Origin: a virus
Strand: one strand, 5' to 3'
DNA length: 64,000 nucleotides
Virus record (IMG/VR): IMGVR_UViG_3300035670_000137
Span: 12,782 to 76,781 of that record
The notes below the pieces were generated by a model. The model saw only the letters and a list, made by a program, of their open reading frames with translations. It did no database searches and had not been told where the DNA came from. Shown one piece after another: positions 40,396 through 49,450 of this stretch. Positions within the stretch are counted from its first letter, which is position 1, and the number at the start of each line of letters is the position of its first letter. The translations under genes and the position numbers were made by a program.

Positions 40396-40479
40396 CGGAG
40401 TGTCGGCCAGCCTGGTAGGTCACTAGCTTTGGGAGCTAGCGCGAAAGCATCGCACGTTCGAATCGTGTCACTCCGACCA
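40396..40479 (+). tRNA. tRNA-Pro(UGG) with extra arm
   Basis: CGG acceptor start, anticodon TGG, variable hairpin GC-GAAA-GC, CCA. Confidence 0.9.
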
Positions 40480-40485
40480 ATCAAA

Positions 40486-40561
40486 CCCAACCAAACTAAT
40501 CTGGTGAAAGTGACGGTCTGAAAAGCCGTAAAGCGAGGATCGAAACCTCGGGTTGGGACCA
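40486..40561 (+). tRNA. tRNA-Phe(GAA)
   Basis: Cloverleaf, CCA. Confidence 0.88.
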
Positions 40562-40563
40562 AG

Positions 40564-40636
40564 TACGGTGTAGTATAAAGGCATTATGACGGTCTCCAAA
40601 ACCGCTGATGGGGGTTCGATTCCCTCCACCGTAGCC
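40564..40636 (+). tRNA. tRNA-Trp(CCA)
   Basis: Cloverleaf, CCA. Confidence 0.9.
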
Positions 40637-40704
40637 ATAAAAAATTTTGACTTGATTTATATTATCGAATAGCGTATAATATTACTTTAAGTCGCAGTTC
40701 TATT

Positions 40705-40924
40705 AAATAAATCAACTGCTGCGTAGTGAGAATTTAGGATGAGGCCTATAACCCCTCTACTTTATTCGCCAGGGTTACTTCATATACTATGAGCCGATAC
40801 TTCCTGCAATAGAAGGGGAAGAAAGGGGAAGAAAGTGACGAAGTCTCCACTACATATGTCCGTTAAGCTGCGTTCGTTATAGCGCGCAAAGAACCTTGCA
40901 CGACATTTCTCAGTTGATTTATTT
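40705..40924 (+). ncRNA. Y-RNA-like element 1
   Basis: 14-bp terminal stem, then CTGCG...TTACTTC...TTTCT-C motif; upstream of Ro60 gene. Confidence 0.7.
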
Positions 40925-41020
40925 AGTATTGCTGCGTATATAACAGTTACTTCATCTCCAAATAATGATGGAAGGCGTGATGGCCTCCAGTCTCTGTTAT
41001 AACCTTTTTCTCAATACTAA
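40923..41020 (+). ncRNA. Y-RNA-like element 2
   Basis: TTAGTATTG/CAATACTAA stem, CTGCG, inner stem TATAACAG/CTGTTATA, TTACTTC, TTTTTCT-C. Confidence 0.75.
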
Positions 41021-41024
41021 TCTT

Positions 41025-41099
41025 TTTTCGCTGCGTCTTATACAGTTACTTCAATCTATGGTGATTACAACAATACTGTATATAACTTTTCCTCGAAAA
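41025..41099 (+). ncRNA. Y-RNA-like element 3
   Basis: TTTTCG/CGAAAA stem, CTGCG, inner stem TATACAG/CTGTATA, TTACTTC, TTTTCCT-C. Confidence 0.72.
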
Positions 41100-41106
41100 T
41101 TCCAAA

Positions 41107-42660
41107 ATGACAAAACTAAATCCAAAAACACAAAACACTATTGAACACGCTATCTCGGCCAATGGCAATCTTCAGATTGCTAAAGATCAGGGACAGACGT
41201 TCTTTGAGACCCTTGTCGGACATATGTACGGCAAGGATCGTTTCTACACTAGCAATGAAGATGTTGCAAAGCGTTTGCTTTCCGATATCCAAGTCCTCGT
41301 TCGTAAGAATAAGTTGGACTATATTGCTAATGTAATTCTGTATGCTCGTGAAAAGGTTTTCATGCGGTCGATGCCTATTCTAGCTACAGTTTACTTTGCT
41401 AAGGCATTGCGCGATTCCAAAGTATCCTTTCCACAACTTCGTAATCTAGTTTCTTCGGTCATTCAACGAGCTGACCAGGTAACTGATATGTACGCTGTTG
41501 CCTTAGAGGTCTTTGGAGATAAGCGTAAAGTGCCCAATGCCATCAAGCGCGGTGTATCGGACGCCATGAATAAGTTTACCGTATATCACTACGGTAAATA
41601 TAACCGTGAAGCCGGTGTCACATTCAAAGATGTGGTGCGTATCGTACATCCAGAACCTCGCGATGACAACCAAAGTCAGACTTTCAAGATGATTCTTGAA
41701 AACAATCTGCCCGTGCCATATACGTGGGAAACTGAACTCTCCCGCAACGGTCAACTTCCGAAAGAAGTTCAAAAGACTAAGGCTCAGCTATGGGCCGAGC
41801 TCGTACAATCCGGCAAACTCGGATATATGGCATTACTTCGTAACCTTCGTAACATAGTTCAGTCAGGGGCTGACGTTATCGGTGAGGTGGCGAAACGGCT
41901 AGTCGATGCAGAACAAGTTCACATTTCTAAGCAGCTTCCCTTCTCCTACCTAAAGGCTCTAGACGCCGTTAAGGACGCCCCCGCAAAGCTGAAGTGGGCA
42001 GTAAGTGAGGCTCTTGATGTATCCTGTGCTAACGTACCTGCACTAGGAAAGAAAGTGTGGATCATTGTCGATGGTTCCGGCTCTATGTTGGGTTCCCATT
42101 ATGGACGCATGGGACGCAATGAGGCGCTAGGTGAGTGTCCTTTCCAGACCGCGGCTGTATTTTGTGCAGCCCTGGCTAAATCAAATCGTGATGCTAGTGA
42201 ACTAGCAGTTACCATCTTTAGCGACAACGCTCAGATGGTTGATCTGAACCCTCGTGATTCAGTATCCACAATGGTGGAGAACCTCACGAAGAAAGTTCAA
42301 GGTGGTGGAACTAATCTACAGGCAGCCTTGAATATGAAGTCACGGTTAGGTTTTGAGCCAGACACAGTTGTAATCCTCTCAGATATGGAAGTTAACCAAC
42401 TGTCAACTGGATCGTATGGTGGAGGCTATTCTTGGAATAGACAAGACAATACGATTGCAAACATCAGCAAGATGTTTGACAAGAACTGCTATAAAGTAGC
42501 AGTAAACCTAGCTAGCGGCGTTTCAACGCCGGTTCCAAAAGAGCATGGCTTTGTCCAACTAGCAGGGTTTAGCGAGCGAATCTTCGCCCTAATCCCAGAA
42601 TTGCGAAATAGTCGGACTACGGTTGAAACACTGTTCAGTCGACCATTTGCAGCAGTTTAA
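41107..42660 (+). CDS. Ro60/Rsr-family TROVE-domain RNA-binding protein with vWA domain
   Basis: DRFY, YARE..FMRSMP, QRAD, D..R..HP.P, PYTWET.LS, GYMALLRNLRN, LPF, VDGSGSM (MIDAS), GGGTN, ILSD. Confidence 0.93.
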   Translation: MTKLNPKTQNTIEHAISANGNLQIAKDQGQTFFETLVGHMYGKDRFYTSNEDVAKRLLSDIQVLVRKNKLDYIANVILYAREKVFMRSMPILATVYFAKALRDSKVSFPQLRNLVSSVIQRADQVTDMYAVALEVFGDKRKVPNAIKRGVSDAMNKFTVYHYGKYNREAGVTFKDVVRIVHPEPRDDNQSQTFKMILENNLPVPYTWETELSRNGQLPKEVQKTKAQLWAELVQSGKLGYMALLRNLRNIVQSGADVIGEVAKRLVDAEQVHISKQLPFSYLKALDAVKDAPAKLKWAVSEALDVSCANVPALGKKVWIIVDGSGSMLGSHYGRMGRNEALGECPFQTAAVFCAALAKSNRDASELAVTIFSDNAQMVDLNPRDSVSTMVENLTKKVQGGGTNLQAALNMKSRLGFEPDTVVILSDMEVNQLSTGSYGGGYSWNRQDNTIANISKMFDKNCYKVAVNLASGVSTPVPKEHGFVQLAGFSERIFALIPELRNSRTTVETLFSRPFAAV

Positions 42661-42757
42661 GATAAGGGCGCGTTAGCAATAACGTGCCCTTTTTCTTTCT
42701 TGATTTCATTCCTTATAAAGCGTATAATATCTTTATTGAGTGACATTTGGAAAGAAA

Positions 42758-43234
42758 ATGAACATATTCATTCTTGATGATGACGTAGAGCAGTCTGCCA
42801 AGTATCACTGCGATCAGCACGTTAATAAGATGATCCTAGAGGCAACGCAGATTATCTGTACAGTACGCACTTTAAAAGGTTGTAAGGATAGTCCATATAA
42901 GGCTACACATCCTAAGCATCCTTGCACTATTTGGGCAGGGTCTGCACTAGAGAATTATATTTATACACTAGACTACGCTTGTTACCTTAATGAAGAAGCA
43001 AAGCGTAGGTATAATAAGAAAGTTAACCATAAGTCTTATGACGTACTAATGGATCTAACTTTTCCTGACTTTGAACTAATTAACAGAACACCGTTTGCTA
43101 GAGCAATGCCGGAACAGTTTAAACGTATTCCTGATACTGTAGAAGCGTATCGTGAATATTACAAAACAAAAGAGTTTGCTACCTGGAAAACAGGCAAACC
43201 TAATTGGATAGCGGATATACGTACCGCCTCCTAG
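42758..43234 (+). CDS. Pyrimidine-dimer glycosylase/DenV-like family protein
   Basis: MNIFIL...AKYHCDQHV.KMILE..Q...YK.TH..HPCTIW...AMP...AYR.YY. Confidence 0.75.
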   Translation: MNIFILDDDVEQSAKYHCDQHVNKMILEATQIICTVRTLKGCKDSPYKATHPKHPCTIWAGSALENYIYTLDYACYLNEEAKRRYNKKVNHKSYDVLMDLTFPDFELINRTPFARAMPEQFKRIPDTVEAYREYYKTKEFATWKTGKPNWIADIRTAS

Positions 43235-43327
43235 GGCAAATATGACGTATCGACAGTAGTGTCCGAATAGCTACCACCCCTTCAGATGAAAAGTATCTGA
43301 CCAGACGCGGGTAACCTGGAAGAATTC

Positions 43328-43422
43328 GCTCCTTAGCACTGGTGTGCGGCGAACCCTTATAAAGTTCGGAGACTGGCTAGATGGGCTGGAACGGCTGAGA
43401 TCGAAACTCAGGAGGAGTACCA
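43328..43422 (+). ncRNA. Atypical tRNA-like gene, apparent UAU anticodon, long extra arm
   Basis: GCTCCTT acceptor, GCAC-TGGT-GTGC D arm, CGAAC-CCTTATAAA-GTTCG arm, CTGAG-ATCGAAA-CTCAG T arm, ACCA. Confidence 0.7.
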
Positions 43423-43795
43423 TGCAAACTGCATTTGTTGTAACTATGATAGCTAAAAGATCCAACTATCACTATGTACTAGGTGTATTCTCTAATGAGA
43501 CTTTAGCTATACTAGCTGGAAGTAGAGAAGAAAGAGTATACGAGGGTGAATTTCAGTATACAATAGATAAACTAGAGGTAGATAGGTATGCTAAATAAAC
43601 TAATGTTTAAGATAAAAGATCGTGAAGTTGAACTAACATATGATGAAGCTAAAGCATTGTGGAAGGACCTGGATCTGATTTTTGGTGTACGAGTACCTAA
43701 TATGCCGGTATATCCTCCGACTGTGATGCCAACGTACCCTCCGTACACTGGAGATCCTGTAAAACCTTTTGTAACATGGTGTATGTAAGATTAAT

Positions 43796-43870
43796 TCTGG
43801 CATAGCTCAGTGGTAGAGCAGTGTGTTGATAACGCATTGGTCGCTAGTTCAAATCTAGCTGCCAGAACCA
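43796..43870 (+). tRNA. tRNA-Ile(GAU)
   Basis: Cloverleaf, CCA. Confidence 0.93.
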
Positions 43871-43871
43871 A

Positions 43872-43963
43872 GGAAGAGTGGCAGAGTCCGGTTTATTGCA
43901 ACAGTCTTGAAAACTGTCGGTCATGAAAGTGGCCCGTGAGTTCGAATCTCACCTTTTCCGCCA
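43872..43963 (+). tRNA. tRNA-Ser(UGA)
   Basis: Class II cloverleaf, GCCA. Confidence 0.95.
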
Positions 43964-43984
43964 AATAACCTATTGGAGATTATC

Positions 43985-44548
43985 ATGTCCCTAGTACTAG
44001 GCCTAGATCAAGCCGGTACTCCCCATCGTTGGATTAATATCGAGGAAGCTGCCATTTATTACGCTAAAGAAACTGTGGCGTGGGAGGCAGGCAGTTCTTT
44101 TGTAACACTGCGTGGGGGTGTAAACGCAAAGTCCCACTGTAGATCAGAACTTAATATTAATTCAATCATTGCAGTAAAGGGCGATGATTACTTTAGTAAG
44201 AATTACGACACTAACATATCTATTAGTCGTAGAATGCTGTTCAAACGTGATAGAAATATGTGTGCATATTGTGGATCAATATTGCACGATAAAGAACTAG
44301 AACTTGAACACGTAACGCCAAAGTCAAAAGGCGGAGCCACTAGCTGGACTAATATTGTTAGTGCTTGCCGTCATTGTAATAGTAAAAAAGATGATCGTAC
44401 ACCTGAACAAGCAGGTATGGAATTGTTATATGTTCCTTACATCCCTAACAGGCACGAAGCATTTATTCTAGCCAATAGAAATATCCTGGCAGATCAAATG
44501 GCCTTCCTTCTCCAGGGTGTACCAAAACATTCAAGATTGCTGGATTAG
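43985..44548 (+). CDS. HNH endonuclease
   Basis: RD..MCAYCG...EHVTPKSKGG..SWTNIV.AC..CN..K.DRTP. Confidence 0.92.
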   Translation: MSLVLGLDQAGTPHRWINIEEAAIYYAKETVAWEAGSSFVTLRGGVNAKSHCRSELNINSIIAVKGDDYFSKNYDTNISISRRMLFKRDRNMCAYCGSILHDKELELEHVTPKSKGGATSWTNIVSACRHCNSKKDDRTPEQAGMELLYVPYIPNRHEAFILANRNILADQMAFLLQGVPKHSRLLD

Positions 44549-44613
44549 CTCAGCGGTAGAGCAACGCCCTTACAAGGCGAAGGTCGTTGGTTCAACCCCA
44601 ACATCCAGTACCA
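44539..44613 (+). tRNA. tRNA-Val(UAC)
   Basis: Cloverleaf, CCA. Confidence 0.93.
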
Positions 44614-44617
44614 AATT

Positions 44618-44692
44618 AGCGGGATAGTGTAGTTGGAAACACAGCAGACTTTGACTCTGTTATCTCAGGTTCGAACCCTGATCTCGCCGCCA
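44618..44692 (+). tRNA. tRNA-Gln(UUG)
   Basis: Cloverleaf, CCA. Confidence 0.92.
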
Positions 44693-44907
44693 AAAAGAAC
44701 TAATTATGAAAGACTATTTACCAGTATCACATTTTATGCATGACTATCCACCAACTAAAGCAAAGCTGATGCTAGTAGCATTAGTAGGTAGTGAAGAATT
44801 AGCTATAAAGTGGTGGAATAGTCCAAATGAAGGTTTTAATAAACTTTGCCCGAAAGACGTACCTATTGAAGAAGTCTATAGTTACCTCCTAGGGCATCTA
44901 CAAAGAT

Positions 44908-44983
44908 AGTACCGTGGCCTGAACGGTGAGGGAGCGGATTGCAAACCCGCAGTATGTCGGTTCGAGTCCGACCGGTACTTCCA
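44908..44983 (+). tRNA. tRNA-Cys(GCA)
   Basis: Cloverleaf, U73-CCA. Confidence 0.92.
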
Positions 44984-44989
44984 TAAATT

Positions 44990-45067
44990 GGCACGTTAGC
45001 ATAGATGGCCTAATGTACTTGCCTGTCACGCGAGAGATCATGGGTTCGAATCCCATACGTGTCGCCA
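44990..45067 (+). tRNA. tRNA-Asp(GUC)
   Basis: Cloverleaf, GCCA. Confidence 0.93.
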
Positions 45068-45091
45068 TTAACTTTAGTGAGGAGTATTATC

Positions 45092-46129
45092 ATGGCAGAA
45101 CCAAGAAAGATAGTACCTACTAAAGCTGGAAGTGAGCTTCCTAAGGAAGTTACGCTCCAAGATGCAGCTACACAGGAACTAATTGCAGAAAATGCAGTTA
45201 CAAATCCTAGTGAACTAAACGCTATAGTAGTTGGTTTAGGACGTGGCAAGGTTGAAGATCCTAGTAAACCAGTGCCAACACAAGTAGTAGAATTTAATAG
45301 TCTTTTAGAAGAAGATGCAGCTGCTGCTGGTTTATCCGGTGGTGGTAGTGATGGGGGGCATTCTTTTGTATCCCTTCTGCGAATAGTAGAAGGATTAGAC
45401 CCCACAAATTATAATTTCCCAATAAACGGTACAGGCGTTCCACCAGAAATACGTGGAGAAGTACTAGCTCTATTACCTGATATTGATGATATTGAAATAC
45501 CTTTAATACCTGACACTCCTGTTATTCCCGATCTACCGGACGTACCCGATACGCCAGAAGATCCAGAAGATCCAGAAGATCCAGAAGATCCAGAAGATCC
45601 AGAAGATCCAGAAGATCCAGAAGATCCAGAAGATCCAGAAGATCCAGAAGATGAAAAAGGTAATAACGGCCACGGCAATAATACAGACGGACAGGATGAT
45701 AATAATCCTGGCCAAGGCGGTGGCGGACCTAACTCTGACCCTAAGGATGGACAAGATGAAGACGAAGGAAATAAAGGTAACCAAGAAGACTCAACGCCAG
45801 GAGTCAACGGCGGAGGGAATAATTCTAGTAATCCTAATCCTAGTGAGCCTTCTAGTCCTCCTGATATAGATAAGGGTGGCCCTAAAGGTAACAATGGCTG
45901 GGGTAACGGGGATCAGGATGCACCTGGAAATAGCCTAGAAAATAATAATGCAGAGAATAACCAAAACGGTACACCAGCTCCAAAACTTAAGTTTGAAGAC
46001 ATGGTTGCCCCGCAGGATGACATATTTGCAGGTGGCAGTAACTCTAGCCACGGTAATGATTGGAATATGCCTGATTTGGATACTAATATTCATGCTAAAG
46101 TAGTAGAACAGTTAAAAAATAGTCATTAA
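45092..46129 (+). CDS. Acidic low-complexity protein with T1SS adhesin retention-module-like segment
   Basis: DP...LLEEDAAAAG...GGHSFV.L.RIVE...P..Y.FP; (PED)11; two GNNGxGN blocks; GAGGAG RBS. Confidence 0.7.
   Translation: MAEPRKIVPTKAGSELPKEVTLQDAATQELIAENAVTNPSELNAIVVGLGRGKVEDPSKPVPTQVVEFNSLLEEDAAAAGLSGGGSDGGHSFVSLLRIVEGLDPTNYNFPINGTGVPPEIRGEVLALLPDIDDIEIPLIPDTPVIPDLPDVPDTPEDPEDPEDPEDPEDPEDPEDPEDPEDPEDPEDEKGNNGHGNNTDGQDDNNPGQGGGGPNSDPKDGQDEDEGNKGNQEDSTPGVNGGGNNSSNPNPSEPSSPPDIDKGGPKGNNGWGNGDQDAPGNSLENNNAENNQNGTPAPKLKFEDMVAPQDDIFAGGSNSSHGNDWNMPDLDTNIHAKVVEQLKNSH
45554..45652 (+). repeat. Perfect 9-bp tandem repeat CCAGAAGAT x11 (coding PED)
   Basis: Counted directly. Confidence 0.97.
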
Positions 46130-46178
46130 GACTTTTCCAGGCGTAGAAATACGCCTGGATTTTCCAAAGGAGTTTATT

Positions 46179-46331
46179 ATGATTGCAGAAGTGCAAGAAG
46201 AAAATGGTGAACTTTTTATAGAAATCCCAGAGGAAATGCTCAAAGAATTGGGCTGGAACATTGGTGATGAGCTTCTTTGGGAAATCCAAGAGGATAACAC
46301 AATAGTTTTAAAACGTGCGGGTATCGTATAA
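46179..46331 (+). CDS. AbrB/MazE-like small DNA-binding protein
   Basis: GELFIEIPEEMLKELGWNIGDELLW...IVLKR; AGGAG RBS. Confidence 0.7.
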   Translation: MIAEVQEENGELFIEIPEEMLKELGWNIGDELLWEIQEDNTIVLKRAGIV

Positions 46332-46390
46332 TGGTATTACTGTAGCCTTCCAAGCTTCAGACGTCAGTTCGATTCTGACTACCCGCTCCA
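46317..46390 (+). tRNA. tRNA-Gly(UCC)
   Basis: Cloverleaf, UCCA. Confidence 0.93.
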
Positions 46391-46498
46391 ACAGATAAAA
46401 ATTACTGACTTGAAAAACATTTCATAAGAGTGTATAATATTACTTTAGATGGGAGAGTTCCTGTCTAAAGCATTTTAACTTAAACTAAAGAGAAAACA

Positions 46499-47861
46499 AT
46501 GACTACAATGTACTTTGGACATATTTCGGAAGACGTGCTGGAAATGAGTGATGGCTCCTGGGAACCGTTCTACGATAACTACGGCAATGCCTACGAGTTT
46601 CAACTTACCATTGAGGAAGATCAAATTACTTTGACTGATTCTATTGGACGCCATGTACCAATCGGGCTGGACGCCGTAGCGTCGATGTCAAGGGCTGTAA
46701 AACAAGCTAAGAAAGTGGCTAAGGCATACACCAAGCTGCAAGATATGCAAGATACGGAAGTTATGTTCTTCCTATGATATTTTTTGAATCTAATGTAAAT
46801 CCACTAAAAGAACTGATTGGGTCTATACCATCAGACGGAATAGTTATTGCTAAAGAATCTTTAGATAAGATAGCACTATTCTTCAGTTCTGGGGGTATTA
46901 GATTCGAGAGTTATGGAGAAGTACTACACGCACTACACGCATTTTGTGATTGGTATAACCTAACAACACTAGAACCATACAACGATACTCTAATCTTAAA
47001 AAGGATAGACAATGGCCACCAAATCTCGTAGCAAGCATCAAGAAGGTCTTTACAAGGCTTATCAAGCACAGAATCGCCAAGCAGCTAATCGCAAGCGTAA
47101 GCTTACCAAGCTGGCAAAGCAGTTCCCAAACAATGAGCAAATTACTCTAGCTCTGAAGAATATTTCTTACCGCCGTGGAACCCCTAAGACTTCTATGTGG
47201 TCACATACTAGCAAAGCATGGGCCCAGATGAAAAAGGAGTTCAGTAAGCCTGGTCATGGTTCTCAGCGTAAGGTCTCCGAGAAGGAGATGTTCAAGCTGC
47301 GTGCGCGAGCGCACGACGCTGAGGGGAATCTGATTTGGAATTCCTAAGCGCATACGCATTCTTCGCCCTAACAACCTCAATTGCCTCACTTATTATCCTA
47401 GTAGGTCCGGTAATTGAGGAATTAAAATCAGTTAAACCAGATAGTCCAATACTAGATAGTCCGTTTATAACATATACTACTTTTATGGTACTATCTCTGT
47501 TAATTGCTCCAATTATTTTTATTGCCTGTATCTTTCCCTCATCTAACGAAAAGTTTAAAATCGGACTGCTAAATAGCCTAAAGGATTAAATATGCCCATT
47601 CTGACATTCACCTATACTAAGGATACTGGAGAGGTTAGTAACCGAACCCTATTCGCTTTGGAACAGCCTGGCGCAAAATACTTCGGTATTGATATGTCAG
47701 AACTAGATCTTGAGGATCAAGTAGCATTCTCAGTAGATATGGATAAGATTGAAGAAGAAAAGCAGCAAAAGATTAAAGATCTGATGGCTCAGTATGATAT
47801 TAAACATAGTTTTCGTACATTCCTGCCATCAAAAATGTCAGACGTTACTATTGAAGATTAA
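46499..47861 (+). CDS. Operon of five small hypothetical proteins (46499-46777, 46774-47031, 47012-47347, 47335-47589 membrane, 47592-47861)
   Basis: Overlapping or abutting ORFs after promoter at 46410. Confidence 0.7.
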
Positions 47862-47869
47862 GTGATTAA

Positions 47870-48256
47870 ATGAATAGTAAGGATAAGGGTAATGTAGGTA
47901 TTAGTGCAGCTATATTCTATTTTACAAAATTAGGATACACGGTATCTATACCTCTTACAGATAGCCAGAGTTACGATATAATAGTTGATATAGACAGTGT
48001 ACTGTATAAAGTACAGGTAAAGTATACTTCTATCAAAGCTACTTCTGGAAGTTATGTACTATCTCTAAGATCAATATCAGGAACTACTAAAAAATCTTAT
48101 GCAACTATAAAAGATCTAGATATTGATTATGTATTTGTATATACAGCTGCAGGGGATCAGGTATTAATTCCAATAACTGAAATAACTAATACTTCTTCCC
48201 TTACATTAACCAGAGATATTATTAAAAAATATAGTGGGTTGGATGAGCTGGCTTAA
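47870..48256 (+). CDS. PD-(D/E)XK endonuclease of the group I intron-associated (I-Ssp6803I-like) family, free-standing
   Basis: K.KG..G...GY.VSIP..D...YD.IVD....LYKVQVK. Confidence 0.82.
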   Translation: MNSKDKGNVGISAAIFYFTKLGYTVSIPLTDSQSYDIIVDIDSVLYKVQVKYTSIKATSGSYVLSLRSISGTTKKSYATIKDLDIDYVFVYTAAGDQVLIPITEITNTSSLTLTRDIIKKYSGLDELA

Positions 48257-48328
48257 ATCGGCGTCCTGCTAAGACGTTGGCTATGGTGAACCCATGGTCC
48301 GAGAGTTCGAATCTCTCACCCACTGCCA
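48233..48328 (+). tRNA. tRNA-Ser(GCU)
   Basis: Class II cloverleaf, GCCA. Confidence 0.93.
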
Positions 48329-48379
48329 ACTAACATAAGGAGAATATCATGCGATTGTAGATAATTACAGGAGCATAAT

Positions 48380-48727
48380 ATGTCTAGAACTTATAGAAAT
48401 CACACTTTCTCACATTGGTTCAACCCTTTGGAGAAGTTAGTAGATGGGTGGGAACCCGGCAATGATATTTGCTATGTTTGGGGTAGTACTGTCCGTTCGT
48501 GGAAAAAGATCGACCCTAAATCGGAGCAAGGTCGTAAAATCCTAGCGAAAGCTAAAAGAGATAAGACCGTTCGTTTTAAGGAACCAGGTCCTGCATGGTT
48601 TCGTAACCTTTTTGAAGAGCGTCCTTTGCGTCGTTCTTCAAAGCGTGAGCTGCAGAAGTTTATGGCTGATGAGGACTACGAACCAATCATTGACGCAAGG
48701 CAGCGTAAGCGTGTCTATTGGACCTAG
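48380..48727 (+). CDS. Basic hypothetical protein
   Basis: MSRTYR-type phage ORF; AGGAG RBS. Confidence 0.7.
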   Translation: MSRTYRNHTFSHWFNPLEKLVDGWEPGNDICYVWGSTVRSWKKIDPKSEQGRKILAKAKRDKTVRFKEPGPAWFRNLFEERPLRRSSKRELQKFMADEDYEPIIDARQRKRVYWT

Positions 48728-48847
48728 TATGGGAACGACTACACTACATAACCGAAAAGAAGCTGAAGTGTCCGGAACTTGCAGTGGAAGGCGTAGGAAG
48801 ATAGGGTCGGCGTTGGTTCAATCCCATTCCCATACTTTGGCCTACCA
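48720..48847 (+). ncRNA. tRNA-like RNA with over-long acceptor stem and 3' ACCA
   Basis: AGTATGGGAA/TTCCCATACT stem, TGG-TTCAATC-CCA T-loop, ends ACCA. Confidence 0.6.
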
Positions 48848-48849
48848 TA

Positions 48850-49156
48850 TTCGTTGATGGCAAAGTAAAAGTATTCAAGACGGGAGGGGCAGTGCCTCCC
48901 CTGGTCCACCAATAAGTAGCTATAAGAGTGACACAGTAGGGTATTAGCAGACGTCCTAGTACCTCTGGAGTAATCATAAACTTAGCTACTTATTAATGGG
49001 CCAGTAATAGATTCGATTGGGTATGAATAGCAATGCTGGAGAATCGTCAAGAAAGACGTAAAAATCACAATAATAAATGCAAACGATTCTACGTTCGCTC
49101 TAGCCGCTTGAGCTAGATAAGGTTTCGGGACTGTCCCTTATTACCAATACAGTCCC
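48850..49156 (+). ncRNA. ssrA: Permuted (two-piece) tmRNA; tag ANDSTFALAA
   Basis: Acceptor piece ends CTGGTCC-ACCA (48911); hairpin intervening segment; coding piece starts GGGCCAG (48998) giving G3:U70; tag GCAAACGATTCTACGTTCGCTCTAGCCGCTTGA at 49079-49111. Confidence 0.92.
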
Positions 49157-49450
49157 ATTTTATAAGTACACTATGTAGGCGAGGGTCCGGTTCCCATAAG
49201 CACTCTATCGCTAGTATTTATCGAGAATACTATACGAGTTTAGTGTACTTTTAAAATTTAAATGGAGTAGTTATGGACGATAAACTTATAGAAAAGTATG
49301 TGGAGGATGAGACTAAAATAGCTACTATAAACGGTCTACTAATGGCGCAAGCCATATGCTCCAGAAAGTTGCAAGATGTATATAGTAGAGATATTCTTGA
49401 TATTATGAGAGTAATAGCTCTATCTATAGAAGATATAAAGAATAAATAAC

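Noticed and set aside
40257-40562. Minus-strand ORFs over tRNA clusters (also 33293-33511 and 48744-48977)
   Set aside because: They overlap clear RNA genes on the plus strand
45554-45652. Tandem repeat as CRISPR array
   Set aside because: 9-bp units with no spacers, in frame in a CDS; no cas genes
48720-48847. tRNA-Sec
   Set aside because: No UCA anticodon arm
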